Assembly: GCF_006345805.1 (NCBI RefSeq)
Contig: NC_042998.1
Location: 143,902,001-143,966,000, forward strand
Origin: Octopus sinensis
Taxonomy: Eukaryota
DNA length: 64,000 bases
Reading direction: 5' to 3'
Positions 52,416 to 64,000 of the stretch are shown in pieces (the first letter of the stretch is position 1; each line of letters starts with the position of its first letter). The translations under genes were made by a program, and so were the position numbers. The notes under the pieces are model-generated. The model was not told the origin of the DNA, ran no database searches, and worked only from the letters and a program-made list of their open reading frames with translations.

Positions 52416-54344
52416 CCCATGTCAGTACAGAAAAACAGACATTAAACAATAATGGTGATGAGAATTCTATCCAATGCTCTAAAGACTGCTAATACACTGC
52501 CATGGAACACAAACTAGTTTCACATTTCCAGCAAACTATTTTACCTGGAGAGTAATATCTGGCTGAGCAGATAAGCCAGTAGACAATCATCATCATCATC
52601 ATCATCGTCAACATCATCATCAACAACAACATTTAATGTCCATTTTCCTACCTGACATGGGTTGGACAGCTTAACAGGAACTACCAAGGCCAGGGGCTGC
52701 ACCAGATTCCATAGCCTGTTATGACTTGGTTTCTATGGCTTAATGCCCTTCCACAGAGTGCTTTTCTATGTGGTACCATCATCAGTGCTTTTTATATGGC
52801 ACCATTACTAGTGCTTTTTATATAGCACCTTAGTCTTAGGGTCTCAATTCTGTTGTGGTAGACAAATCTTGCTTGCAATGATAAGGACCAATATCTCAGT
52901 CTTCATGTCTCACTACATTTAGAAGTCAAATATTGCCTGAGTAGGCTATCCAATCATCCTTCCAGAGTTAATAAAATTCATTGTAGTAACACCAGTTTAA
53001 TCCACTTTACCTTCCTACAAAATGTATGACACTGTGTTTAAAGATGCAGGACTGGCTGTGTAGTAAGAAGCTTGCTTTGCACCTACGTGGTTTCATATTC
53101 AGTACCACAGCATGCTACCTTGGGATAAGTGTCTTTTACTATAGCCTCAGGCCAACCAATGCTTTGTGAGTGAATTTTGTAGACAGAAACTATGTGTGGT
53201 AAGAAACTTGCTTCCCAACCACATGGTTCCAGATTCAATCTCACTGCATGGCACCTTAGGCAAGTGTCTTCTACTATAGCCTCAGTCTGACCAAAGCCTT
53301 GGGAGTGGATTTGGTTGATGGAAACTGAAAGAAGACCATCCTCTGTGTGTTGTGTGTGTGTGTGTGTGGTGTGTGTGTGTGTTGTGTGTGTGTGTGGTGT
53401 GTGTGTGGTGTGTGTGTGTGTATCTGTGTGTATATCTGTGTGTCTTTGTGTCTGTGTTTGTCCACAGACATACTGGTGATAGCATATGGATGGCTGAACT
53501 TCGTATAGTTTTTTCCAGTACTCTGTCCTCCCATTTTAGTTACATAATCATTTGTGTAACAACAGATGCACCAAACTGACCATGTAGCACTTGAAATGCA
53601 AGTATTTCTACTCCACTAATCCAAGCAGAATGGTCGACTTACCAAACTAATATTGGGCGCTCAGAGATAAAGGTGAGAATACTAGTTATTATAGTTACAA
53701 TTAAATAAAATAACTACAAAGAGTTTATGAACCTGTGTTTTGTGTAAAATAAACAAATGCGTTAGTCCAAATCATTTATTATATTGTGTTTAAGCCTCAC
53801 AAACATCTTTACTGCAGCATGAACAGTTATCATTGGCAGATCCACATGTTAAAAGAATTGTGTTTGTCTACAACAAATACATGCAAACTAATGCAGCTCA
53901 CTTAAAAATCAATGATAGCCAGCTAGTTATTGATCTTTGTATGTAAATTTGTGTGTATGTATGTATGTGATATGTGAACATGTGTGTAGGTGGTGGTGTG
54001 TGCAGTTGCAAGTGTTTGTGTATATGTGCATTTGTGTGTGTATGTGTATACATTTATAAGTGTTTGTATGTACATTTATGAGCATTACTGCATGTGTGCA
54101 TACATTAATGAATGTTTCTGATTATGATGTGGTGTCTGTGCCCTTATATATGCATGTCAGGCTGCATATAGTGTGTGCATGGCCATTAGTGTGTCCTTAT
54201 GTGAGCAATATGCATGTCAGGTTGCACACAGTTTGTGTGAAGTGTGAGGTATGATGTCTGTGTTCTCTTGTGTGTGGATGACCATGAATGAGTCGTTGTG
54301 CGAGCATATTTATGTCAGGCAGCACACTGTGTGTGTGTGTGTGT

Positions 54345-54379
<35 letters not shown>

Positions 54380-54725
54380 ATAAAAAGGGAAATTTTATAG
54401 CCATGCATAAATTATACAATCTTTCAAACAGTGGTTTGAAGGAATGAAACAATAGAGATTGAATATAAAATTAGCTCCATGTCATTTAAATAATTCTTTG
54501 TATGGTGTGAAGAGTAGGCTAAACTACAGATTCCACAGACTCCACCAAACCATTCTCCACCATACAGCGCAATCTTTTATTATGACACCAAAACACCACA
54601 CTGCAATAAATGTGTGTGTGTGTGTAGAGGGGGTAGTGGTCATGCTATAATGTTACATAAAAGGAAGTTATTTACATAAGCGCACACACACACACCACAC
54701 ACATCTCTCTCTCTCTCTCTCCCTC

Positions 54726-54761
<36 letters not shown>

Positions 54762-55149
54762 GCTATCTATCTATCTGTCTGTCTATCTATCTATACACAC
54801 ACATACACACACAGTTTCTAACCTGTCTAACACATAACAATTAACATTAAGCATTTGAGCTTTCAACACTAACATATGTATGTATAATACTGTTAAAAAT
54901 GTTAGGACAACATTCATCATCATCATTATCATCATCATCATCATATTCATCTTTTAACACAATTAAATAATGTTTATATATAAACACTATTGTAGCCACC
55001 ACTTCCCTCCAATCTCTTCATCATAGTCATCATCCTTCTAAAATAGTACATCAAATCCATAATGGATTGTGCTAATCCTGCCTACCCCCAATCTCTCCAC
55101 AATAAACCACTGTAAACTACAAACGATACAATGAGCCATTAAGGGAACC

Positions 55150-55510
55150 TCTATGTAGTCATTCAATTTATTAGAAATAACAGCTAAATTTCCCTTTTAT
55201 AATTCCCCACTTATCATCTTGAAAAAGACAAGGATTCATTGGATTTTGAGTTTCTCCAAAACAGCAGCAAAATTTCCTTAAATCACATCCTACTGCCATT
55301 CTTGTTAAAAGGAAGCCTTCATTGAACGTTGTATTCCAAGAAATAGCAGCCAAATTTCCTTCGTATCACACCCTACATACCATCTAGTAAAATGGAAGGA
55401 CTCACTGGATTTTGTATTCCTAAATACCTGAAAAAGACAGGATAGTCCTCATTTGAATGCTTGTAATCAAAGGTATCTTTGATCAGGGTTAAACTAGGGC
55501 TAAACAACAG
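55150..55510 (+). repeat. Three tandem ~85-bp units of a dispersed repeat head (gaaatagcagccaaatttcc...)
   Basis: Single copies also at ~14870, ~18230(-) and ~43100. Confidence 0.7.
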
Positions 55511-56085
55511 AAACAAAGACCAAAAATCTATGCACTTCACATCGTTACAGGTAATGCATGCAGGGCTCATGCATAGAACACCTGCACAATGAACCAAAAA
55601 TATTGAAAATAAAAGATTGTTTGAATATACAGCCTACACCATTTGCTACTTCAGCAATCCCCAACACCCACAGCTTCTGTGTGTGCAATCACATCTCCAT
55701 CTTAAAACATGACCTTTCCCATTCAATTCATTATCATCTGAACATCCATATTTCTATGCTTGTGTGGGTTCAACAAAATTTAAGGAATATTTTCTTCCAT
55801 AGCCAGAAGCCTTTCCTGTTCTCAACTTTCACCTGTTTCAAAACATGGTGATATTCTCTTCCCAAATCCAAAATGGACAGGTTTCTAACTAAATTTTGTT
55901 CAAATATACACGCAAGAATAAAGTTCCTCTTTTCAATGGACATGGGTCAGTTGTTGTTTAACTCTGCAGATCTAATGGAACAGATCAATGACCAAAAGTA
56001 TTCCAGCCAGACCTATCACTAGACTTTGGTACCTGAGGATGCTTCAGAATATTTTGGGTGGGCACTAATTTGTATAGCAGGAAGA

Positions 56086-56380
56086 TTTTTACCCTGTGCA
56101 TGTAAGTGAAAGCAGGGTATTGTAGCTACTTGTCTTAGTATGTTTGTCTGTGTGTTTGAAGAAGTACTGGAAAATGGGCAAACTGATTTTTACCAAATTT
56201 GGCAGAAATACTCATTGGGTGAGTGGCTTAAACTCATTAATTTTTGGTTTAATTATCTTCAAAACTGGCAGATGGGTGAACCAAAATGCTTTGACAGTGC
56301 AAATCTTTTGTGAAAGAATTTAAGTGCATGCAGGATATGCATCGTTTTGGCATGTTTTCAGCACAAGAATCTATTACTAG
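56086..56380 (+). mobile_element. Helentron/DINE-like non-autonomous element
   Basis: TTTTTACCCTG..CAGGGTATTG short inverted repeat, gtttgtctgtgtg tract, gatttttaccaaatttggc motif, ends CTAG. Confidence 0.45.
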
Positions 56381-58823
56381 CACATAAAAACATGTATTAT
56401 GGCTATTAAATACTATTTACCCTTCACCAGATGGAGTACCGACCCTTATCTGTATGTGTATAGATCATGGTGTACCTATGCACATAGACATATATGGGTT
56501 CATGCTTACATACATACATATGCAACTGTGCGTGTGTGTGTGTGTGTGTGTGTGTACAGTGATGGATTCAAGAGTTTCTTTAATTTATGACTTGATTTTT
56601 AATTTCACCAGAGTACAAATGGTAATAAAAAAATAAAAAATTAAAATTTTTTAAAATTGAATTTACAAATTTCCCAATAAGCAGTCGTCATGTTAATATC
56701 TTACAATGAACTACAGTACATTTGATTCACCTGCCATCATTGAAGGACATTGAAAACACTTCTGAAATTCTATGCTATATTTTATCAAGTCTACTTTTAG
56801 CTGTCTTCTTCTTAGGCTTTTAATTCTCATTTAGTCAAACACTAACAAAGCATGGGTAAGCAATGCATTGTAAGCCACACTATAATTTATGAAAAAATTT
56901 ATCTGTACAAGGTATACATGCTTTTTTTCATTGTAAACTGTATCTTCTAAATGTGAGGGTACACCTTTGAATAATGAGGGAAAGTGCTATCCAGTGCACC
57001 CCCTTAGGAGCGAGCATGTTAGTCAGACTTCAAGAAATGTATTGCAGGAAGATTTTTGTAAACTGTATTTTCTAAATCTAAGGGTGCATCATTGAATAGT
57101 AATGGTGAAGTACTATCCAGTGCCCCATCTTTAGTTACAGACATGATTCCAGCTATGATTATTTCATCTTTTGATGTGTCTTCTATTTTTAAAATGATAT
57201 GGATATACACAGATTCTGCATAGACTCACTTGTACATGCATTCCGTTTGTAAAGACTTACTTGTTTGAACACATATACACATAAAGCATTGCTTGCTTAA
57301 CACTTCAGTTAACCAAGCCTTCGTTCACAACACACATAGCAGAAGAATGCCAACTTCATTTGATCACCTGCTGTGAGTCATTTCATTATCACCACAGAAC
57401 CCTCTTTTTGGGATTATATAATTGACTTAAACAAAAATCTCATTTATTCTAAACTTATTTCCTCTCATTTCCTCTAAATCTTGTAATGTTGAAATTATAA
57501 ACAGATGTAGGAGGGGCATCTGGCTGTAGAAAAGTTGCCTCAATGAATTCCATTTGACTCAAGTAAGTATGGGAAATCATTTTAATGTCCACTGTTTCCT
57601 GTTTGCATGGGTTGGATGGAGTTCATTCAAGTAGATTTTTTAAGGCCAGATGCCCTTCTTGTCACCAGCTCTGACCAATTTCCAAGCAAAGTAATATTTC
57701 CTCCTGGCCAGATATGAAGAAATATTACCCAAACATGTTTCTGCACAGTATCAAAATGAAAGACACTGCTTGTATGACAGTAACACTCATTTTACAACTA
57801 CCACACAATATCAAGGTAAAGAGATACAAACATACACGTGCTTACACATACATATATGCATATATACAATGGGCTTCTTTCAGTTTCTGTCAACCAAATC
57901 CAGTAGCAAAACATTGGTTACCTTGGGGCAATAGTAGAAGACACTTGCCTAAGTTGCCATGCAGTGGAGCTAAACCTAAAACCATGTGGTTGGGAAATAA
58001 TTTCTAAATCACACAGCTAGACCTATGTAGATATGATGAAGATGATGATGATGATTACATCTCAGTAACTTAATTAGTACTGTTCTTCAGAAATGGCTAA
58101 ATAACTACCCCAACTCCACCCGTTTGAACTTACCTGTAACATCTGTCTATTTGCTTCTCCTTACCTCCACCAACACTTTGGATTATATCTACTAACTCTA
58201 TACAATACTTCACTCTATTCTCTTATAACACTAAGCATCAATTTTTCCAAATTCAACATTAAATGCAGCCATTTTAATTCCGAACTTCCATCTCCCTTGA
58301 TCCCAAAGACCCCTAACCACAGCAATAGGAAATTAATTCTACATTGGATGCAACAACATTATCAAAAAAAAAAAACCAATATTAAGTGGAGCAGTTCATT
58401 CTTTTAGCTAGAAAACCATCTTGATTTCCACAAAATAACAACCAACAAGCTATTTAAATTGAATACAGTCACACATGACTGCACTTTGCACAAATAACAT
58501 TAGCCTTAAAATTGATTCACATCATTTAACAGAATAAATGAATAGAAATAAATAAAACTCAGAATCTACAATTACTACTAACCCACATCACCACCATCAT
58601 CATTTTTCAGAGCTGTATTTATGTAAAATTTTCCATATATGCCATATACGAACACACACAACACACACACACACACACACACGCACACAAACACACACGC
58701 ACACACACGCACACAAACACACACGCACACACACACACACACACACGCACGCACACATGCAAACATGCATGCACACACGCATACAAATGTAAGTGCATGT
58801 GTGTGTATATATATATATATATA

Positions 58824-61262
58824 TCATCATTATCATTTAATATCTGTTGTTCATGTTGCCATAAGTTGGATGGTTTAACCAGAGCTGGCAAGCTTGAAGG
58901 CTGCATCAAACTCCAGTCTAATTTGGCATGGTTTCTACAGCTGGATGCCCTTCCTAACGTCAACTACTCCGAGAGTGTAGTGGGTGCTTTTACGCTATAC
59001 TGGTATCTGCCATGACTGCAATTTTGCTCAGATTGATGGGTCTTTTTCTCAAGCACGACATAATGCCAAAGGTCTCAGTCATTAGCTCCATGAGGCCAAC
59101 ACTCAAAAGGAACTCAGCCACTTCACCTCCATGCTCTTTACATGCCACCAGTATGGTTACCAATTACATGACACTAGCATCAGACACAACTATGATTTCA
59201 CTTGACTTGATGGGTCAGTATATCACCAAAGGTCTCAGTCACTGGTCATTGCTTTTATGAGGCTCAAAGTTCGAAGATCATGCTTCACCATCTTGTCCCA
59301 TGTCTTCCTGGGTCTACCTCCACCACATGTTCCCTCCACAGTTAGAGATCGGCACTTTTGAGGATTGATCCTTGGAGAACCCCAACTTATACTCTGAATT
59401 CTTTGCTGTACTTATTGCCCACCCTACCTTACTAGTAGCATCCCTGTACAAGCCTTGTACAGCTCTCACTAACCACTCATCTATCCCTAGTTTTGGCATT
59501 GATCACCAGATAAGGGATTGGGGAACTCTGTCAAAGTCTTTCTCCAAGCCAACAAAAGCCAAGTACAGATTCTGTGGAGCTTTTAACTGGCACAAAACCA
59601 AACTGCATCTCATCTAGACTAAGTCTCTCCCTGATTAATCGGGCTTTGACTCTCACTGTAACTTTCATTACCTGATCCAACAATTTGATACTTCTGTAAT
59701 TATTTCTATCTAAGCCATTACCTTTACCTTTGTAGCAGTTGACTATGGTGCTGCTACACCAGTCATTGGGTATGACTCCTTCATGAACCACCTGATTTAC
59801 AAAACAGGTGACTAGACCATGACCTGCAACACCAGATATTTTAAGCATCTCAGCCATGATTCCTGATGGGCTGGGGGTTTCCCCTGTCTTCATATCCTTA
59901 ATTGCTTTATCTACCTGGGTACTGTTGATTTGGGTAGCTGGTCCCTCAATTAGGTCAACATTTGGCAGGCTCTCCTCCCACCATTCATTCTCCACATTCA
60001 GTAGTCTTTCATAATGACATCTCCAAGCCTCTTTCTTTGCAGAATCATTAAAAGCAAGTGCACCATCATCCATGCAAACACATTTCTCTCCTATAACATC
60101 ACAATTTTCTTTTACACACTGTCTTGCAATCCAAAATATTCCAGTTCTTTGGCCCTCATGTTACTGAACATAGGCAAACTTCTTCTTTTCTACTTCTCCC
60201 TTGGCTAGATATACCTGTCTCCCAGCTTCCCTTCTGACTATCTGATACAGTTCCCTGCTGCCCCACTCTGCCAGGCCTGTTTCTTTGCTCTAATGGCCCT
60301 GTCTACAGTATTGTTCCCCCACCACATTACCCTAGGTGTGGAGGGAACTTTGCACCAGCCACAGATTTGGTCTGTGGCACTCAGCAAGCTGTCTCATGAA
60401 TTCCCAGTTGCCCTCTATGTCACAAGTTTGTAGCTCCTCCTCCTCCCTCTCATCAAATTTCTCAATTAGGATGTCCCTAAATCTCTGACCAAATGATGGG
60501 TCCTTAAGCTTCCAAATCCTTCTTTTCCAGATTGGTCTGCTTCTTGGCATCCTTCTGGCCTGGAGTCTAAAGTTGCTACTGACTAGTCTATGCTGGTAGG
60601 GTACATTCTTCACCAGGGAGAACCTTTGTATTTAAGAGCAACTATGCATCTCAGTGTCTAATGAGAATGAAATCGATCTGGCTAGCACAGTTACCTGATT
60701 GATAGGTTATCAGGTGGCTGGCTGGCTCTCTGAAGTTGGTGTTGCAGATCAATAGGTTATTTGCATCAAAGAACTCCAGTAGTCTTGTTCCCTCTTCGTT
60801 TCAGGAACCAATTTCATGGCCCCCATGTACACCATGGAAGATACCAACAAGCTCATTGAAATCCCCAGCTTGTGGGGCATAGGCAGAGCTAATTGTAGCT
60901 ATACTATTCTGCAAGACTAGCCTGAGCTTAAGCACTCTATCGCACACTCTGACTAACTCTATGACCTTATCGACCCATTTCTTTGCAAGAAGTATGCCCA
61001 CACCACCTACTCCATCACTGTTACCTTCCCCAAAAATTTTATACCTATGTGTCTTACCTGTGAGGAATCTGGCTGAAGCTCCTCTCCATCTTACCTCTTG
61101 GATGCACCATACATCAACATGCTTCCATTCAAACATCTCAACAATCTCACTAGACCTACATTTCAATGTGCCAACATTGACAGTGCCAACTCTGAAAACT
61201 GGGAAAGGGATATGGGAAGGAACACAGGAAGGAAATATGTTATTCAGCACCTGAAAAGAAAG
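58824..61262 (-). mobile_element. Near full-length RTE with large internal RT deletion
   Basis: EN start VGTVNVGTLK..CIQEVRW..AYAPQ; RT NYRSIKLLDQ..QFGF; RT joined to the C-terminus at ~59360; (ATG)n tail. Confidence 0.93.
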
Positions 61263-61309
61263 TTTATATATAAATATATATACATACATACATGTATGTG
61301 TATGTATAT

Positions 61310-61490
61310 CATGCCAGTGACACACAAAAAGAACCTACTACACTCTCAGATGGGTTGGTGTTAGGAAGGGCATCCAGCTGTAAAAACATTGCCAGTGCAG
61401 CCACTGGCTCTCCAGACCTCAGTCAAACCATCCAACCCATGCCAGCATGGAAAACGATATTAAATGATGATGATGATGATGATGATGATT
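61310..61490 (+). mobile_element. RTE-type 3' tail fragment with (GAT)n
   Basis: ggttggtgttaggaagggcatccagctgta..caacccatgccagcatggaaa. Confidence 0.85.
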
Positions 61491-61511
61491 ATATATATAT
61501 ATATATATATA

Positions 61512-62244
61512 TCTTATCTTATGATAAAAGGCAGATTTTCTCTGCCTGTTCCCATGTTTCTTTTTAATACAATTCTACAATATAGAATTTCTTCAATTGG
61601 AATTTACCTATGATTTTTCCAAGTAGATTCGATTGGGTCATGGCATATCAAGTTTTTTCAATTTGACCCCCAATTAAGCAAATATTCGAGAAAACTCAAT
61701 ATTTTACGATTTGCCTCTCTAATTTCAACTGCTTCACTCCTGCTATTACTACACTTTCTCCTACTTTCTCTTTGCAAGTGTGAAACTATTAAAGTGAAAG
61801 TATTCCCTTATTATGTGTGTGTGTGTGTGTGTGTATTAGCAATTTGTATAAAATTGCATCAATGACTTGAACTTGAATAAGTGGTTTCACATAAATGGGG
61901 ATAAATTAAAAAGGTTTGTTATTATTATTACTGTTTGACTATTGTAATCACGTTTGTTGGTTCCGCGTCAGGGAAACGTTGTTGTGTTGCATTTGTTAAA
62001 TAATTGTAAACCGTAACCCTCGCCCTTTCGGAGAAGGGGCTTTGGTTATTGTTTAAAAATTGAATTGTGTCCCTGTTTGGGAAAATTGACAATATTTTCA
62101 ACGTCTTTACGGAAGCATTTTTGTTAAAATGCCTTCGATAGAAGAAAGTCCAAAATGAATTTCACTGCAGCCGTACACTTCTATACAAGAGGGAGGACAA
62201 GATCCAATTGATCGAAATTGCAAGAGACGGGCCTACAATTCCAG
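61512..62244 (+). mobile_element. Non-autonomous Helitron (older)
   Basis: A|TC start; 5' ~190 bp homologous to 62971-63160; decayed 3' end gagacgggcctacaattCCAG|T. Confidence 0.55.
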
Positions 62245-62403
62245 TCTGTTATATATTTTGAGTATTGTTATCACTAGCGATATCAAGATATAACTTTGTA
62301 TTTTGTATTTTATGTGTAGATGTATATATATAGATGTACATGTAATATGTACACATATATATACACATATATACATGCATAATATATCTACCCATACACA
62401 CAT

Positions 62404-62438
<35 letters not shown>

Positions 62439-62581
62439 TAGGGGCAGGTGTGGATGTGTGGTAACAAACTACGTTCCAAACACATGGTCCTGGGTTCATG
62501 TACATATATACATACATACATCCATACATACATACATGTGTGTGTGTGTGTGTATGTATGTGTATTAATGTGTGTGTGTTA

Positions 62582-62970
62582 TCTCTCTATATATAAAGCC
62601 GAAGTTGTCTGTGTGTACCAGGTTTGGTAACCTTCAACTAACACTATCTCCTCCAAGACCCTGCAGCGCAAGTTGACCAAAATTGAGAGTATGATAGAAG
62701 AAGGGTTGCTCTTCTTTCCGTAGAAGATAAAATTCAAATCGGACCATGTTAACACCAAAAATTATTTACATCAAAAAGGTGCTTTTTTCTATGAAAATCC
62801 CTATTTTTTTACGATTTTTTCACTGCTGTGTCGCCACTTTTCGGTGTATTTCAACCAGAAAAACGTTTACTTGAAGAGAATAACAAGCTACATAATATAA
62901 AATTACTTTTCAAAAATTCCAATTGCAGTGGGTCGAAACAAACCCGAGCAACGCCGGGCGATACTGCTAG
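62582..62970 (+). mobile_element. Non-autonomous Helitron
   Basis: A|TCTCTCTATATATAAAG 5' end; CCCG-agcaacgc-CGGG hairpin 8 nt before CTAG|T. Confidence 0.88.
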
Positions 62971-63415
62971 TCTCTTATGATCTCTTATTATAAAAGGCAG
63001 ATTTTATCTGCCTCCCTTTGGGAGTTATACAAATCTACAATATAGGATTTCTTCAATTACAATTTACCTACCATTTTTAAGAGTACAATGCATCGCGTCA
63101 TGCCAGGTCCAGTTTTTAAAATTTAAACTCCAATTAAGCAAAATTTACAGAAAACTCACATTCTGGTGTGTGTGTCAAATGCTTTTCTTAGTCTGGTTTA
63201 CACCACACGCAAACGCACACACACAGTGGGCAACGAATAAAGTGAAACTAGATGTAATATTTGTTTCTCTCTATCACGCTGATAGATACACGAGTAAAAT
63301 GTATGGGAAGCTAACACATAAGTGTGAGTGAAAATGTTCTTGGAAGAGAGTAAATAGCCAGAGATAGTGATTTGAGGAAGACTTTACATTAAATAACCGT
63401 ACTGGCTTGTGTTAG
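62971..63415 (+). mobile_element. Non-autonomous Helitron directly abutting the previous one
   Basis: TC start, 5' homology to 61512; decayed end GTTAG|T. Confidence 0.6.
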
Positions 63416-63825
63416 TAATAAAGTAAACATACACTCATACATACATACATACATACATACATACATACATACATACATACATACACACACACACATACAT
63501 ACACACACATACATACACACATACATACATACATACATATACATACATACATATACATACATACATACACACACACACACATACACACACACACACAGTA
63601 TTGAAGCTTGAGAACAATCAGATACATTTGCAACACATCTGTTGAAAATATTATTGTTCACACACATACATATACATATATACATACAGACAGACAGACA
63701 GATAGACACACACACACACACACACACACACATGATCCAGCATGGCCACAACCTCAAGGCTGAAACATATAAAAGAATAACAGAATATAAATGTGTGCAT
63801 GTGTGTGAGAGAGAGAGTGTGTGTG

Positions 63826-63857
<32 letters not shown>

Positions 63858-63874
63858 TGTATGTATGTATATAT

Positions 63875-64000
63875 AATAATGCGGTTTTTTCAACAGCTTG
63901 AACTAAAAGTCAGAGGGGAATGGGATAAACTACTTATATTAACTTGCTATAAAAGCAGGTAGTAATTTTATCTTGTCCTTATTCATAGTGCAAGTTTTGA
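63875..64000 (+). mobile_element. 5' end of a mariner of the 26320 family, running off the window
   Basis: aactaaaagtcagagg..aacttgctataaaagcag..tagtgcaagttttga matches 26341-26430. Confidence 0.85.

Overview
Eukaryotic, AT-rich, almost entirely repetitive non-coding DNA; no host protein-coding gene, rRNA, true tRNA or CRISPR array could be supported. The CORE-type tRNA-SINEs, RTE LINEs and extreme (TA)/(CA)/(ATGT) microsatellite load suggest a coleoid cephalopod (octopus-like) intron or intergenic region (inference). Recognisable content: two long decayed RTE-clade LINEs plus many fragments, three SINE families, four D,D34D mariner-type elements (one a fold-back), one Tc1 and one maT-type relic, hAT/piggyBac/pogo-type MITEs, a hAT transposase relic and three non-autonomous Helitrons. 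Nearly all ORFs in the supplied track are microsatellite artefacts or transposon remnants. The most notable signal is a set of type I hammerhead-ribozyme folds (four readable by eye, with different variant cores) in short Penelope-like terminal-repeat relics embedded in (TA)n tracts at 30.5-33.6 kb and 38.4 kb. All calls come from manual reading, not database searches; most element boundaries are approximate unless TIRs or TSDs are cited.
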